DNA of 64,000 nucleotides from Trichinella spiralis (taxonomy: Eukaryota): the NCBI RefSeq assembly GCF_000181795.1, contig NW_003526941.1:4093637-4157636 (forward strand), in the 5' to 3' direction. The notes below the pieces were generated by a model. The model had not been told where the DNA came from. It worked only from the letters and a program-made list of their open reading frames with translations, and did not search any database. Positions within the stretch are counted from its first letter, which is position 1, and each line of letters starts with the position of its first letter. This document shows, piece after piece, positions 27,153 to 40,100 of the stretch. The translations under genes were made by a program, and so were the position numbers.

Positions 27153-28610
27153 ATGACTGAACAAGATGCAAAATTAGGCGAAAATGATATTATTTCGGAT
27201 GAAGATTTCGAATCCATGCTGAACGCTTTGGGTTCTGAAGAAAATGAAGAAAATATCTCTGAATTATTAAGTAATTATTAGAATCATTTTTTCACATTTT
27301 GTTTGTTCTGTTTGTTGTAATTTCTTGAACATCATTTTAGAAGCGATGAATGAAAACCGAATAATAACATGGGAAGAAGCTGAAACTATTATAAATGGTA
27401 AACAATCTTTTTGTTAATTTTAAGATTTTTGATTTTTTTGGAAAATAATTATCACACTGCAACAAACATTTCATGCTAACATTTTCTTCATCATAATTAT
27501 TATGAATATCAGGAGGAGAATTGATTCGTTTTCATATTCTCCGCAGCGAACTTACATATTCAATCAACTGAAATTGCTGCTTGATTTCGCTTAAAAATAA
27601 CTATAAAGTATTTATAAAAACACCCTTTTCAATTTTCTTGAAATGCTATTCTTAAATGCAATTTAAAAAATTTTATCCTACTACTAGGAAACATTATTAT
27701 GCTCACTCATTCGGTTTTGGGCCTGAGTTTAAAATTTTTAAATTTATTTAACTGTAACAAATTTTGTTCAGATAGTGAAAATAAAGTAATTCGTTGTGGC
27801 TTGCCTCCGCAAGTACGCCCCAACGATCCAGATAATGCTACGGATGTCGATGCTTGCATATCGAAATTATTAGCCAATGATTCCAGTTTAACGGAAATTA
27901 ATCTGAATAATATGAAGGTATGCTGAAAAAAGATGTATAATCAAAATTGGACGATTGGTCTTTTGTGAGCATTTCAGAGAACACCAATACCTCAACTTCA
28001 ACGATTAATTTCAGCAGTTAAAGATAACACGGCTTTGAAAAAACTTAGCCTTGCAAACGTTGCGCTGAGCAATGCAGCTGCGGAAGTATATTCACTTTTC
28101 AAAACTAGCTTTGCACAGATGTTTATAAAAATTTATGCAGTATTTCATTTTTCAATTTTTAGCCAATATTAGAAGTGCTTGAAACGAACAGCACATTGAA
28201 ATCTCTAAATTTGGAAACGAATTTTCTGTCCGGTGATTTTCTCGCCAAACTTTTTCATGCTGCTTTGAAACTGCAAACTTTAGAAGAAGTTAAAATTGTT
28301 AATCAAGTGAGTAAAAAATAATGGAAAAACTGTTTTTCTTTAATTGTATTTTTTTAAATTTTTATCAGTGTGATAATTTCTAGAGTCCTACGTTTAGTAC
28401 TGAAGCAGAAATGGACATCATGAAAGCAATTTTTGAAAACAAAGGCCTCCTGAAAGTTAGCATAGATCTACGACATCCTGAAGCGCGAAGCAAAGTTTCC
28501 CAAGCAATGCTACGAAACTGTGAACTGCGTAAATAAAATGCATATACAATTAAACTGAATTTGCTCAGCATCCCATGTTTCTGAAATTTTCAGGAAGAAA
28601 GCAAGATTAG
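27153..28610 (+). CDS. Short tropomodulin (LRR cap domain), copy 1; last exon frameshifted next to the gap
   Basis: Exons 27153-27270, 27341-27397, 27772-27917, 27978-28085, 28163-28306, 28384-28528 and 28594 onward. Motifs PDNATDVD..ANDSSLTEINLNNMK, LKKLSLANV, NSTLKSLNLETNFLSG and MLRNCELRR match the tropomodulin LRR domain. Confidence 0.8.
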
Positions 28611-28679
28611 CGACAGCCAAAGGAGCATAAATCTAACACTATCTCAACATCCATGCACACACTCTGCAACTGTGCATAA

Positions 28680-28689
28680 NNNNNNNNNN
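28680..28689. other. Assembly gap (10 N)
   Basis: Run of N at the duplication junction. Confidence 1.
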
Positions 28690-31600
28690 TCGAAGAAGGA
28701 TATCTATATAGAGTTCATCGACTCAACTGAATTTATTAACATGCTGAGGCGTGACGGCGCGATTCCTATCAGTGTACTCGTCATAACAGTGATGTTGGTG
28801 AATTGAATTGTAAGTGCTGTTTTGTACGTCCTAGCTTTATATTCAATGACAGTTTACATGAATTACAACATTAACATGCGGTAGTATATGAGCAACTTGC
28901 CGTGCATACTGACAATTTCATGAAATTGCTTATATTTTGATATTTTATTTTCAGCAATAATTAGTTTATAATATATGAATTTTCCTAATAAATATTTAAA
29001 TAACTTAATACATTGATGATAAACGTAAACATGATATTTAACACAAAATATATTTGGTCTTGATAAAGCATGATCTAGTTATGTCGAGCAATTATAAATT
29101 CGATATTTATTTTCAGCAACATCATGATGTCATTGAAATTGAAAAATGTAACTTACAGAAAGAATTGTCTTTTCACCATTTGGAGAAACCTTTTTTGAAG
29201 AGTTGTATAACGTGATTTGCCATTTTGAATAAAAATGATGATGCTTGTCAGACGTCCTTTGAAAACGTTTTCCATTCTGATGTTGCTGGAAAACATCCGC
29301 CTATAAATATTTCAAGTCAACCTCACAAGAAGATTAAGTTCATGAATTTTTAAAGAATCGAAGTATACGGAACATGCACCTCGATGAGTTATACATTATG
29401 ATTAATATTTCGTTTTCTTTTCGTAAATAAACATTTGCATGCAACTTATGCTAAACATATAGTGCGCTTACTTTGTGTTATAATCAGAAAACAATTTCCG
29501 CGACCGTAGATGCAAAATCACACAAACAACGAGAAATGAGATAGAACTTTACAATACTAACAATAATATTGCTTCGCACATCTAGAAGCCATTGTATTCC
29601 CGAAATATAGTTTAAGTGTTAAAGCGAAAGTTTGTTCAAACTATTTCATCTCTCTGTGTTAGGCGCGTCTCGTTAACATGCAAATTTTTATGCGTTCGTT
29701 GCCTTGCTGTTTGTTTGTTTAGCAGCTATAGCTCTCCACAAGTGTTAGCTTTTAATGTATGTGAAATTGCTTTTGATATAATTTTTTCAGCAATTCCGTG
29801 ATCTTCATTGGTGGAGAATAGCATAATTGTTATTATTGTAATGTTGTATCAGGCAAATTTGCCTTTAGTGAGATTTTAGATTCACAGTCGTGAAAACTTT
29901 TCTTTGCTTAACGTAATCAAAAGTAGGCGAGGTAAAACTTGTTTACCATAAAATGTACGCAAATTTTTGTTCGCCTACTATGTATACGCTTACTTCGCTT
30001 CTGATTCAATGGTTATTGGCTTAGCATAACTAACAGAAATGGTAACACAATGCAAATATAATATGAACATGAACTGTAATAATATGAAGAGTATTCAAAT
30101 TTAAAATGCTGCATAAAAATGCACAGTAATATTGAGTGTAATGTATAATAACGGTATCGTTATTCATGAGGTATCGAGAACAGTGTCACTAGGGGTGACA
30201 ACTTTAAATGTCTTTTGTGGTCAGAGTGTACGATTCGCCCTGAATCGACATCCTAAGTGAAAAACAAAAAGGAAGGCACTTTGGTTTCGAGGATGAGAAG
30301 CCTAAAATCCAAGTAATGCGGTAGTGGTGGGGAATAAGGGAGGCGGAACGGCAGGGTAGTACGGATACGGAACGGATAGTGTAGCCAACGCAACCAAGAA
30401 CTTTTTGAGAAACAGAAAATCTGCAGAAAAGAGAAAGGCAAATCTGGACTTTAGGACTTGCCGCGGAAAATCTCTTCTTTAAAAAACAAGGGAAAATGCA
30501 AAACAGCTTCCCCAACTCAATTGCGCAGGCAGAACGCAACATCTCCTATCACCTGGAGACACCGGAAAACACCAAGTTCCCACGCTTCTTGGGTTGGGGG
30601 GGGGGGGAGGAGATACAGCATAGTCTCACCCACCTTTTCTGCGTCGAAATCATAGGCTTTGCTCCACTTCAGAATCCAGAAACCTGTACTCTGCCTGTCT
30701 AAATATTACAGGAAGAGCAGTGATTCTTCCTTCGGCATGGGAAGGAAGTTTGGCGCTCCAAGGTGGGTCTCTTTTTGGTCTCTCAATTCTCCTCCTGCTT
30801 TATGTATTTCATGTCCCACTAAGAGCATGTTTGCCGTTTCACAGAGCTTCATTGGGATGCGCATTCAACAGATATAGAGATGACAGTCACAGATTCATTG
30901 CTGCGCTGTGGGAAATACCTCAGTGTGAAATAATAGCCGTGTTTCATGTTGAAAATAAAATGCTGCGCTTACGGAAATCAACTAGTTTGCACCACTGGGA
31001 ACTGTGTATTATGGAAAATTTCTGGCCTGTGGAAAATAACCCGTTGCGGTGTAATGGACGCAGCGCATGCCAAAAACAAAGTCCTGCTTCCTACAAAACA
31101 ACCCTGTACGAAGTGATGGCACAAGCTGAAATTGGAACTAACGACGATATTATAATACTGCTAGCAAGAATAACGTTTTCAAGTTCAATTTTTTATTGAT
31201 AGATTTTGTTTCATACTTTAAATGAAGAAGGGTTACAATCTGAACTGCTTTAATAAAAACATTTGCTTAGAAATATTACTGATATGAATTTATAATATTA
31301 CTGAAAAAATCTGACTTATCAATTCAAGTTAACAATGTTTCCGATTTTAAGAATGAAAATGATTATTTATAACGAAATAATTGATTTTAACGCATTAAAA
31401 TACAAACGTAGTCGCTGGGAAAAAGGGAAAAATTTATAAACATTACCTTCAAGTGGTTTTGTTCAATGGTGTTGATATGGTTTTAGTAGAAAATATAAAA
31501 TGCACATTTTATGGAATGATCAAAATCAGTGAGTTGAAAAGTTCTACATTTGAGTAGCAAATGTAAAGCACGTCATCCCATTCGATCGATCACTGAGAAT

Positions 31601-32784
31601 TGAAAATGACCACGCCAACGAAAGTGGCTACGTTTATAATAAATAATACTGAATAAGCTGTGTTCAATCTGAAATTGATTGGTTGTAGTCCTGTTGACTG
31701 CTGATTGGTTAATTATTCCGTATGTTGCGTGGCTAAAGCTTTGTGGTTCCGTATTGTAAAGCTTTCTTTATATATAATACGCAAAAAGAAAAATAAACGC
31801 CTTCTTCGTGCAAATACAACTGCACTTACTCGTAACTAATCGACATTATCAGTTAATTATTTCATATAGGCTCGTGCGAAGAAGCTTCATGCAAATCAAA
31901 TGTTTGCTCTCCCCCCGGCACTTGTCGTATCATAATTATATTGAATAACATGAATGTAATATTTTTACAGTTGGAAATTTGCATTTCGTTCCTACAATTG
32001 GTTTGGTGGGAGAAAGCTTTATTGTTAAAGATAATCTATGGGATTTTTTTCTAATAATAAGCAATCATCAAAGTAATACTTTCGCGAATCATCGCATAAG
32101 CAGTATATATATATGTATGCATATTTTCTTTGAATCGAATTTTAATATTGCATCATTTGCACAGACTTTATCATTGTAATGTTTCAGTTTGTTTTATTTT
32201 GTTCAATTTGGTGCTTTAACCAACTGGCTTCGACTGATTATAAAAGTATAATTATTTTAAGATAAAATTAGAATTATTAAAATTAAATAAATAAAGCTTC
32301 GTAAGAAGAAGTGAAAGCGGAAGTCTTGTTAAATACCTATAATGGGAGAAAATTTTGAATTAAAGTCGTTTCTTTTATAATTAACCGACAATTTACTTCA
32401 TTTGAACTAATCAGTCAAAAAGTGCATTTAAATCTTCCATGCTTAACTGAAAAGCTAGCTGGCTAGCTAGCTAGCAAGCTGCTAACTGAGTTGATCAAAT
32501 GGAAAGCTTCAAATGTTTTACGTCACTGCTGCTGCTGCTGCTTGTTGCTTCTTTTGCTTCTGCTAAAAGAAACAAGTTGCTGCGAATGAGTAAAGAGAAA
32601 GAGGGGGAAAACAATTTTAGCAAAACATCCCAACAGCATACGTTAATTTCGTAAACTTGCTAGAAACCGGCAGAGAAAATATTTCAACTTGGTGTGCAAG
32701 TCTGGGTGTGCGTGTGTGTCTTTCTTTGCGTGCTTTCTTGCTTGCAAGCTAGAGCAAAAGAAAAAACAAATAAATATTACAACG

Positions 32785-34281
32785 ATGACTGAACAAGATG
32801 CAAAATTAGGCGAAAATGATATTATTTCGGATGAAGATTTCGAATCCATGCTGAACGCTTTGGGTTCTGAAGAAAATGAAGAAAATATCTCTGAATTATT
32901 AAGTAATTATTAGAATCTTTTTTTTCACATTTTGTTTGTTCTGTTTAATGTTGTAATTTCTTGAACATCATTTTAGAAGCGATGAATGAAAACCGAATAA
33001 TAACATGGGAAGAAGCTGAAACTATTATAAATGGTAAACAATCTTTTTGTTAATTTTAAGATTTTTGATTTTTTTGGAAAATAATTATCACACTGCAACA
33101 AACATTTCATGTGAACATTTTCTTCATCATAATTATTATGAATATCAGGAGGAGAATTGATTCGTTTTCATATTCTCCGCAGCGAACTTACTTACATATT
33201 CAATCAACTGAAATTGCTGCTTGATTTCGCTTAAAAATAACTATAAAGTATTTATAAAAACACCCTTTTCAATTTTCTTGAAATGCTATTCTTAAATGCA
33301 ATTTAAAAAATTTTATCCTACTACTAGGAAACATTATTATGCTCACTCATTCGGTTTTGGGCCTGAGTTTAAAATTTTTAAATTTATTTAACTGTAACAA
33401 ATTTTGTTCAGATAGTGAAAATAAAGTAATTCGTTGTGGCTTGCCTCCGCAAGTACGCCCCAACGATCCAGATAATGCTACGGATGTCGATGCTTGCATA
33501 TCGAAATTATTAGCCAATGATTCCAGTTTAACGGAAATTAATCTGAATAATATGAAGGTATGTTGAAAAAAGATGTATAATCAAAATTGAACGATTGGCC
33601 TTTTGTGAGCATTTCAGAGAACACCAATACCTCAACTTCAACGATTAATTTCAGCAGTTAAAGATAACACGGCTTTGAAAAAACTTAGCCTTGCAAACGT
33701 TGCGCTGAGCAATGCAGCTGCGGAAGTATATTCACTTTTCAAAACTAGCTTTGCACAGATGCTTATAAAAATTTATGCAGTATTTTATTTTTCAATTTTT
33801 AGCCAATATTAGAAGTGCTTGAAACGAACAGCACATTGAAATCTCTAAATTTGGAAACGAATTTTCTGTCCGGTGATTTTCTCGCCAAACTTTTTCATGC
33901 TGCTTTGAAACTGCAAACTTTAGAAGAAGTTAAAATTGTTAATCAAGTGAGTAAAAAATAATGGAAAAACTGTTTTTCTTTAATTGTATTTTTTTAAATT
34001 TTTATCAATGTGATAATTTCTAGAGTCCTACGTTTAGTACTGAAGCAGAAATGGACATCATGAAAGCAATTTTTGAAAACAAAGGCCTCCTGAAAGTTAG
34101 CATAGATCTACGACATCCTGAAGCGCGAAGCAAAGTTTCCCAAGCAATGCTACGAAACTGTGAACTGCGTAAATAAAATGCATATACAATTAACTGAATT
34201 TGCTCAGCATCACATGTTTCTGAATTTTCAGGAAGAAAGCAAAGATTAGCGAACAGCCAAAAGGAAGCAATAAAATCTTAA
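32785..34281 (+). CDS. Short tropomodulin, copy 2 (intact, ends ...RRKQRLANSQKEAIKS*)
   Basis: Same seven-exon structure as copy 1, with an intact last exon and TAA at 34279-34281. Confidence 0.9.
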
Positions 34282-35192
34282 ACACTATCTCCACCATCAA
34301 TGCACAACCAACTCTGCAAACTGTGCAATAAATTATTTATCATCATTAATTAGAAATTTTTCTTCAAATTCTGAACGAAAAGTGATTCGAGTAAAAAATT
34401 TTTCATAAATCTCAAAATATTAAAATGCTATAATAGAAGAAAATTTGTTTTCGCGTGAAAAAATGGTTAAAAAAAACAAAAATGGATAAGGGAAAAATAT
34501 ACAATGCTACTAAATAAATATCATGTTTGTTATTGCTGGTGGAAAAGTTTCTCTTGATGTGCGCAATATAACATGGATGAGATAAAACAATGAATGTTCA
34601 GCAATAATTTGCTGAACATCCTGCTTTAAAATTTAAATATATAATTGCAAAGAATTGTCAATACGGAACGTTTAGGAACAGATAAAAAAAATGGCTTACA
34701 TAAAATGTTCAAATATAAATATAATGATAATAAAATAAACAGCGAAAAACAATTTGCAATTCTAATTGGCTGTTTCAAGAAAACAATGCCACACAAAAAC
34801 CCAGATGAATACACAGATATATATATATAATCTATATTAAAAAATGGAAGTCAAAGTTCAAGAAGATGGATTATAATTTGAATTTGAAATGTCGCTTTTG
34901 TTGAGTATAGTAATCAATAACAGTAGATACTTTTTGAAATAATGGATATTGTAAAGAAATGAAAAGAATTTTTCAATTGTTCAATTCACTGGTATGCATA
35001 TCACAATAAAACAGAGATTTGTCTTACTTCTGCAAAGATGCTAATATTTGTCTTTTTCCAGTTGTTTACGTTCGTGTGCAGGGTATGTACCTACGTTTGA
35101 CGTTGCGACAAACGTTGCGCATATTCTTCAACTGCGAGTGAGATGATGAGTGAAAAAGGTTCTTCGCTCAATTTGAAGTTCAGTCGCTGCCA

Positions 35193-37943
35193 TTGCGCAA
35201 CATCCGAATCACTGGCATGGCAGGCGTTGCCCAGCCAACATCCACTTTGGTACCAAAATTGAAGTTACGCTCTGAAACGGGTTGGATAAAAGAAAATTCA
35301 AAAAATACAAAAATATCTCCCACTTCTTCGAATCCTTGGACTGAAATGATAAAATCCAAATCTACACCAGCATCTAAAGCTCAGATGGACAAATCTACAA
35401 ACATGGAAACGTCGTCACATGTGCCTCAATCGAACAATACTCACGACAAAAAAAACACTCGACGAAACAGTGTGGTTTTTTCGCTTAGAATTACACAAAT
35501 TACATTTGTATTTTATAGATGCAGATTCTGAAAATAGCAAAATGCCAATGCAAGCTGATAAAAAGGAGAAAAACCAAATTAGCGACAGCTCATCATCATC
35601 ATCAATGAGACAGTGTAAAACAAAGGTGCTGAACGAGTTGGCAGAAGTATTCGCTAAACGACGAATCCCAGAATCGTGTACAGTTGTAGAAAATACACCA
35701 ACAGAGACCCCAACTTCTAATCAATCCAACAGTATATTATGTATTATATATTATTATTATTATTAATAAATGTTTACGTGCATTTTATAGAGACAAAAAG
35801 TGAACAGACTTTCAACTCAACTGAGCCAACAAAACAGACTAAAAATATGCAATCAAAAGTATGCTCAGAAATGGAAAGTGTTTTTGCCAAACGTAGAGCA
35901 ATGACAGATGCTAATAATGAAGTCAATAAAGAGACGACTAGTCCTGCAAAAAACGTGCTACCCAGTGAACTTCATCATGGTGAAGAAAAATTGCAAACCC
36001 CAAGTAAGTGGCATTGTAGTTTTTTCCATCCTTGTTTTACTTTTCGTACAGTATTATTCATCAACGAATGATATGCAAAAATAAAATAAATAAATAACTG
36101 ATTGATTAAGCGATTTTAAAACTGATAAAAAGTTTCAATCATTTCGATTTATGCTTTTTAATTGTTCACACAATATTGTGTTCACAACTGAAACTGATAC
36201 CTGCACGGATGAATATATTATTACGTCAATGAATGTTCTGGAAAAATTTTAAAGTTCAAACATAAACAAATAAATCAAACATCCGTTTTTATACGCATAA
36301 ATCGTTGACATCAGTGCTCAATGAAGCTTTTTACTTCAAGAAGCTGTTTTCAAAATTGTTTTTATTATTACATGCCATTCTGAAAAGCAGCTGATACTGA
36401 TGATTTCATACGACTTGTCAACAGCTCTGCTATTTACTAAAACCTTTCGCCGAACTTTTCTCCTCAAACAATGTTTTTTTTTAATATTTAAATAAATATA
36501 TCCATTCATATTTAACATTTTTTAAAAATAACTCGAAAATTTTAAAATATCATTTATACATATTACACGTAAAAATAACTTCATGCCGTTAATGATGAAA
36601 AAAAACAGAATATTATTAAATCTGAAACAACATTTCTCAAACAGATGATGATAAATAACTTTGTAGAATTTCAAAAATTGTTTCTAATTGAAAAATTATT
36701 ACCGTATTACCGTACTTTCAGAAGAACTGTATGAAATTTATCAATCAAAATGGAAAGAAGCTGAAGAATTTGAAGGTATATTTACACAGTACAACACAGA
36801 CAGATAGATGAAGACAAAATCAAACTGATCAATGTTTCAGATCCGGAAGTGGTCAAGTGCGGTCTTCCGGATGTGAAACGCCCAAGTGAACCTGAAAATG
36901 ATACCGACATTGGCCAGTGCATCGTGGATTTGCAGAACAATAAAGAAAGTGTGGTTGAAATTAATGTGAACAACATGAAGGTGTGCCAGTTGATGTGAAC
37001 CGATGAAATGGCATAAATTAATTATTATTTCACAAAAACTTTTTTAGAGGACACCAGTATCGCAAATACAAAGCTTAATTAAAAGCATACCATACAGTCA
37101 ACATCTTAAAAAACTTAGCCTTGCAAATTTAGCATTAAATGATCATGATTTGGAAGTAAGTATACTTTTTCTTTGAATATTCAAAAATTGATCAAATTCT
37201 GATATTTTAAGGCAAAAAATAATATCAATATTTTCTCTCAGTATCTGAGAAGTTTTAATAAATAAATATATATATACGAAATAGAAGGAGAATTTGAATT
37301 TTTATTTTTTAAATTCTACTTCTTAGAGAATATCTTCTACTACTAAAGTACGAATTAACTTATCAACAGATTTTTGCATGCAGAACAGAACAGAACAGAA
37401 CAGAAAACAGCTAGTTTCCATAAGCATAGAGATAAATGAGAGAATTTTCCATTTTGAAATTTTTTTTTTCAGCCTCTGCTAGAAGTGCTGCGACAAAATA
37501 CAAGTTTAGAAGTGCTGAATTTAGAAACGAATTATTTAAGTGGAGAATTTCTGGCTCGCCTGTTTCAAGCTTTACTCGAAAAGCAAACGTTGACGGTTGT
37601 TAAAGCGGTCAATCAGGTAATAAATAAAAAATGGTGGAAAAAAAATTTTCAATAAACAATTCAACAATCCGATTATCATTTTCAGAGTCCCACGATAAGT
37701 AATGCTGCTGAAAAGGAAATAACAAAAGCAATCTGGCAGAACAGAGCGTTGATCAAAGTGAGTCTGAATCTGAGAACCGCCGAATATCGACGTAAAATTG
37801 AAAACGCACTAAGTCGAAACGCGGAATTGAGTAAATAATTTAAAAAAAAATTGTTCAAATTAAATTTGAATTTATATTAAAATTTTATTTTTTTTCTAGA
37901 ACGTTTGAGAAGAAAAATGGAATCAATGAACATTCAATCTTGA
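35193..37943 (+). CDS. Long tropomodulin paralogue with a low-complexity N-terminal extension (start codon uncertain)
   Basis: Exons ~35193-35469, 35519-35731, 35791-36003, 36722-36776, 36841-36980, 37048-37155, 37473-37616, 37686-37830 and 37900-37943. Motifs EPENDTDI, EINVNNMK, LKKLSLANL and NTSLEVLNLETNYLSG. Intron positions in the LRR region match the short gene. Confidence 0.85.
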
Positions 37944-39086
37944 ATTCAAATAAACAAAAAAGACTAAAATGTGTATCTCTGAGACATTTTTTAAAAATTT
38001 TTTGTAGTTGTTTTTTCAACTGAAGTTTCCTTTTTTACAATCTTACAGACGGAATATTTTCCGCTGCTCTTTATTTTTATTCCTTCAATTTGATTATTTA
38101 TGTTATATGCTTATTAATCTAGCGAGTCCAATCTAGCCCACATGCTAGTAGTGATTGTATTGAACAATTCATTAAATAGTAAAAACTACAGATTCCAAAA
38201 GAGATTGCTAAACTGAAACACGAACGTCAAATATTTACATCTACAATACATTAAGAAAATTGCAAGAGAAAAAAACATTAATAATAAATAATGCTGAACA
38301 TGTTTGTTCATTTCAGCCATCACGTTATACGTTATACGAAATCTTCTTTCAAATTTTCACAAGACTCTATTTGTATCATCATCAATGCTTTGGTAATTAA
38401 TTGATTAAAATTAAAAATTTCATACATTTTCCCTTACATGCGACACTCTTTTTGCAGACAATGATAATTCTATTTCTAATCATATTACCGAAGTGAAATT
38501 ATTCTAAATTTGTTGTAATTTTATAACTTTTAATATGATACCTTTAGTATAATGATGAATTTAATTAATAATAAAAATGTAGAACTAAGCACTGGAAAAC
38601 AAGTCTAATTTCGTGTCCTTCGTAACTGAAGCAACCAATCGGTAAAATTAAATCAAAAAGATACACATACGTAATGAATAATGTATTAATATGCACCAAA
38701 AAAAGAATATATATTAAACTCATTTTAATATACTTCCGCTGGGTGTTAAATTAAAAAATTTCATAATTAACTTATTAATAAAAGAAATAATTTCTAAAAA
38801 CGTATTCAGCGTGTATACATTGACGTATTGCCATTTTCCATTATATATCATTAATAAGTCACATTCTTAATGTTTGTCACTTCAATATTTAAACAAAAAT
38901 TTACTACATATATATCAAATTAAAAAATTGTTTTATACAACTGGCTTCATATCATGCATGAACGAATACATTTATACACAGATCCACCCACCCACCCACA
39001 CACACACATTTAAATAAATGAAAAAAATACATCTTTTTCAAAATGAAGAGATTGTTTTTCAAATAAAAATAATTTATTTTTTTTAT

Positions 39087-40100
39087 TTAGGTGTGTAAAT
39101 CACGATTGATGACAGCCGTGTTGTTCAAAAATGGACTGACAACATCGTGTCGAAAAAGTAATTTTTTCACAGTAGTTCGAAATTCTTCCGAAAGTAACGT
39201 ATAGACAATAATATTTCCCGCGACAAGCAACGATACCATCGTTCTATAAATGATTTTAATAATTACAATCAGATCGCTATTTTTCGTAATCGAAGCAGTG
39301 ATCAAGCACACTCTACTGAGAAGCTGTGAAATGATCACCAGCGTTGTAATGAGCACGAGCATTTTCAACCGTTGCATTTCAGCGGCGTGCTTCAAAAAGA
39401 ACAAATTCAACAATCCATTTCTCCTGTAGCGAATTAATTTTCTCCTCATGAACAATACAATAAACACGTTGATGCAGATTACCAAAATGCACAAAAAGAA
39501 ATTCACATAACAATATCCACACCCCAAATATCCACTATGCGGGCACAGTGCATTATCACAAAATACATAAGTTGACGACGCGAAGCTTCTTTCATTGCTT
39601 TTGATAGTCATATCGAAAGCTTGAGTCAGTGCTGTCATGTATTGGATTACAATGAAACATAAGCTTATTTTCCATCTCGTGAATGGAAAAAAATTCATCG
39701 GAAAGCAAGTATGCAAAGCATTTTCAATTGTTAACAGAAAAATATTGTACAAAGCATTGTTGATGACGAAAATCATCACAGCGACATACTTGCAACACAT
39801 TCCCATCTTCAAGCACTGACCAACAAGTGCCACTTTGACTTGCCAAACTCCAAATGCAATTATACAACATCCGGATATGAAATCATTGAAAACACTGTTC
39901 CATATCAAAATTGAAAGACTGCTTCTCAATTTCATTGTTGTCAACAAAATTGTGAACGTCACTGAACTTGTGAACAAGCACAAAATTCCAATAGCGACCA
40001 ACAGGCTACCAGTGATATACTGCACTGTCCAGATGTTCTCGCTGGATAATATTGTTCTTTTCACATTCACATCGCAAAGTACTGTTGTTACATTGTCCAT
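39087..40100 (-). CDS. Intronless seven-transmembrane receptor (rhodopsin-like or serpentine GPCR)
   Basis: Open frame of 337 aa from ATG 40100 (MDNVT, with an N-glycosylation sequon). About seven hydrophobic segments; TM7 NIIVY followed by helix-8-like SEEFR; IEN at the DRY position. Confidence 0.8.
   Translation of the reverse strand: MDNVTTVLCDVNVKRTILSSENIWTVQYITGSLLVAIGILCLFTSSVTFTILLTTMKLRSSLSILIWNSVFNDFISGCCIIAFGVWQVKVALVGQCLKMGMCCKYVAVMIFVINNALYNIFLLTIENALHTCFPMNFFPFTRWKISLCFIVIQYMTALTQAFDMTIKSNERSFASSTYVFCDNALCPHSGYLGCGYCYVNFFLCILVICINVFIVLFMRRKLIRYRRNGLLNLFFLKHAAEMQRLKMLVLITTLVIISQLLSRVCLITASITKNSDLIVIIKIIYRTMVSLLVAGNIIVYTLLSEEFRTTVKKLLFRHDVVSPFLNNTAVINRDLHT

Larger units (their letters stand above)
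23040..34330 (+). repeat. ~5.64 kb tandem duplication (23040-28679 vs 28690-34330) joined by a 10-N gap
   Basis: ORF pairs 23974/29616, 24560/30204, 27057/32689 and 27699/33339 are near-identical at offset ~5630-5645. Confidence 0.95.

Noticed and set aside
28594..28679. Tropomodulin copy 1 as a true pseudogene
   Set aside because: The frameshifts are single-base losses in short runs at a contig end, typical of low-quality sequence.
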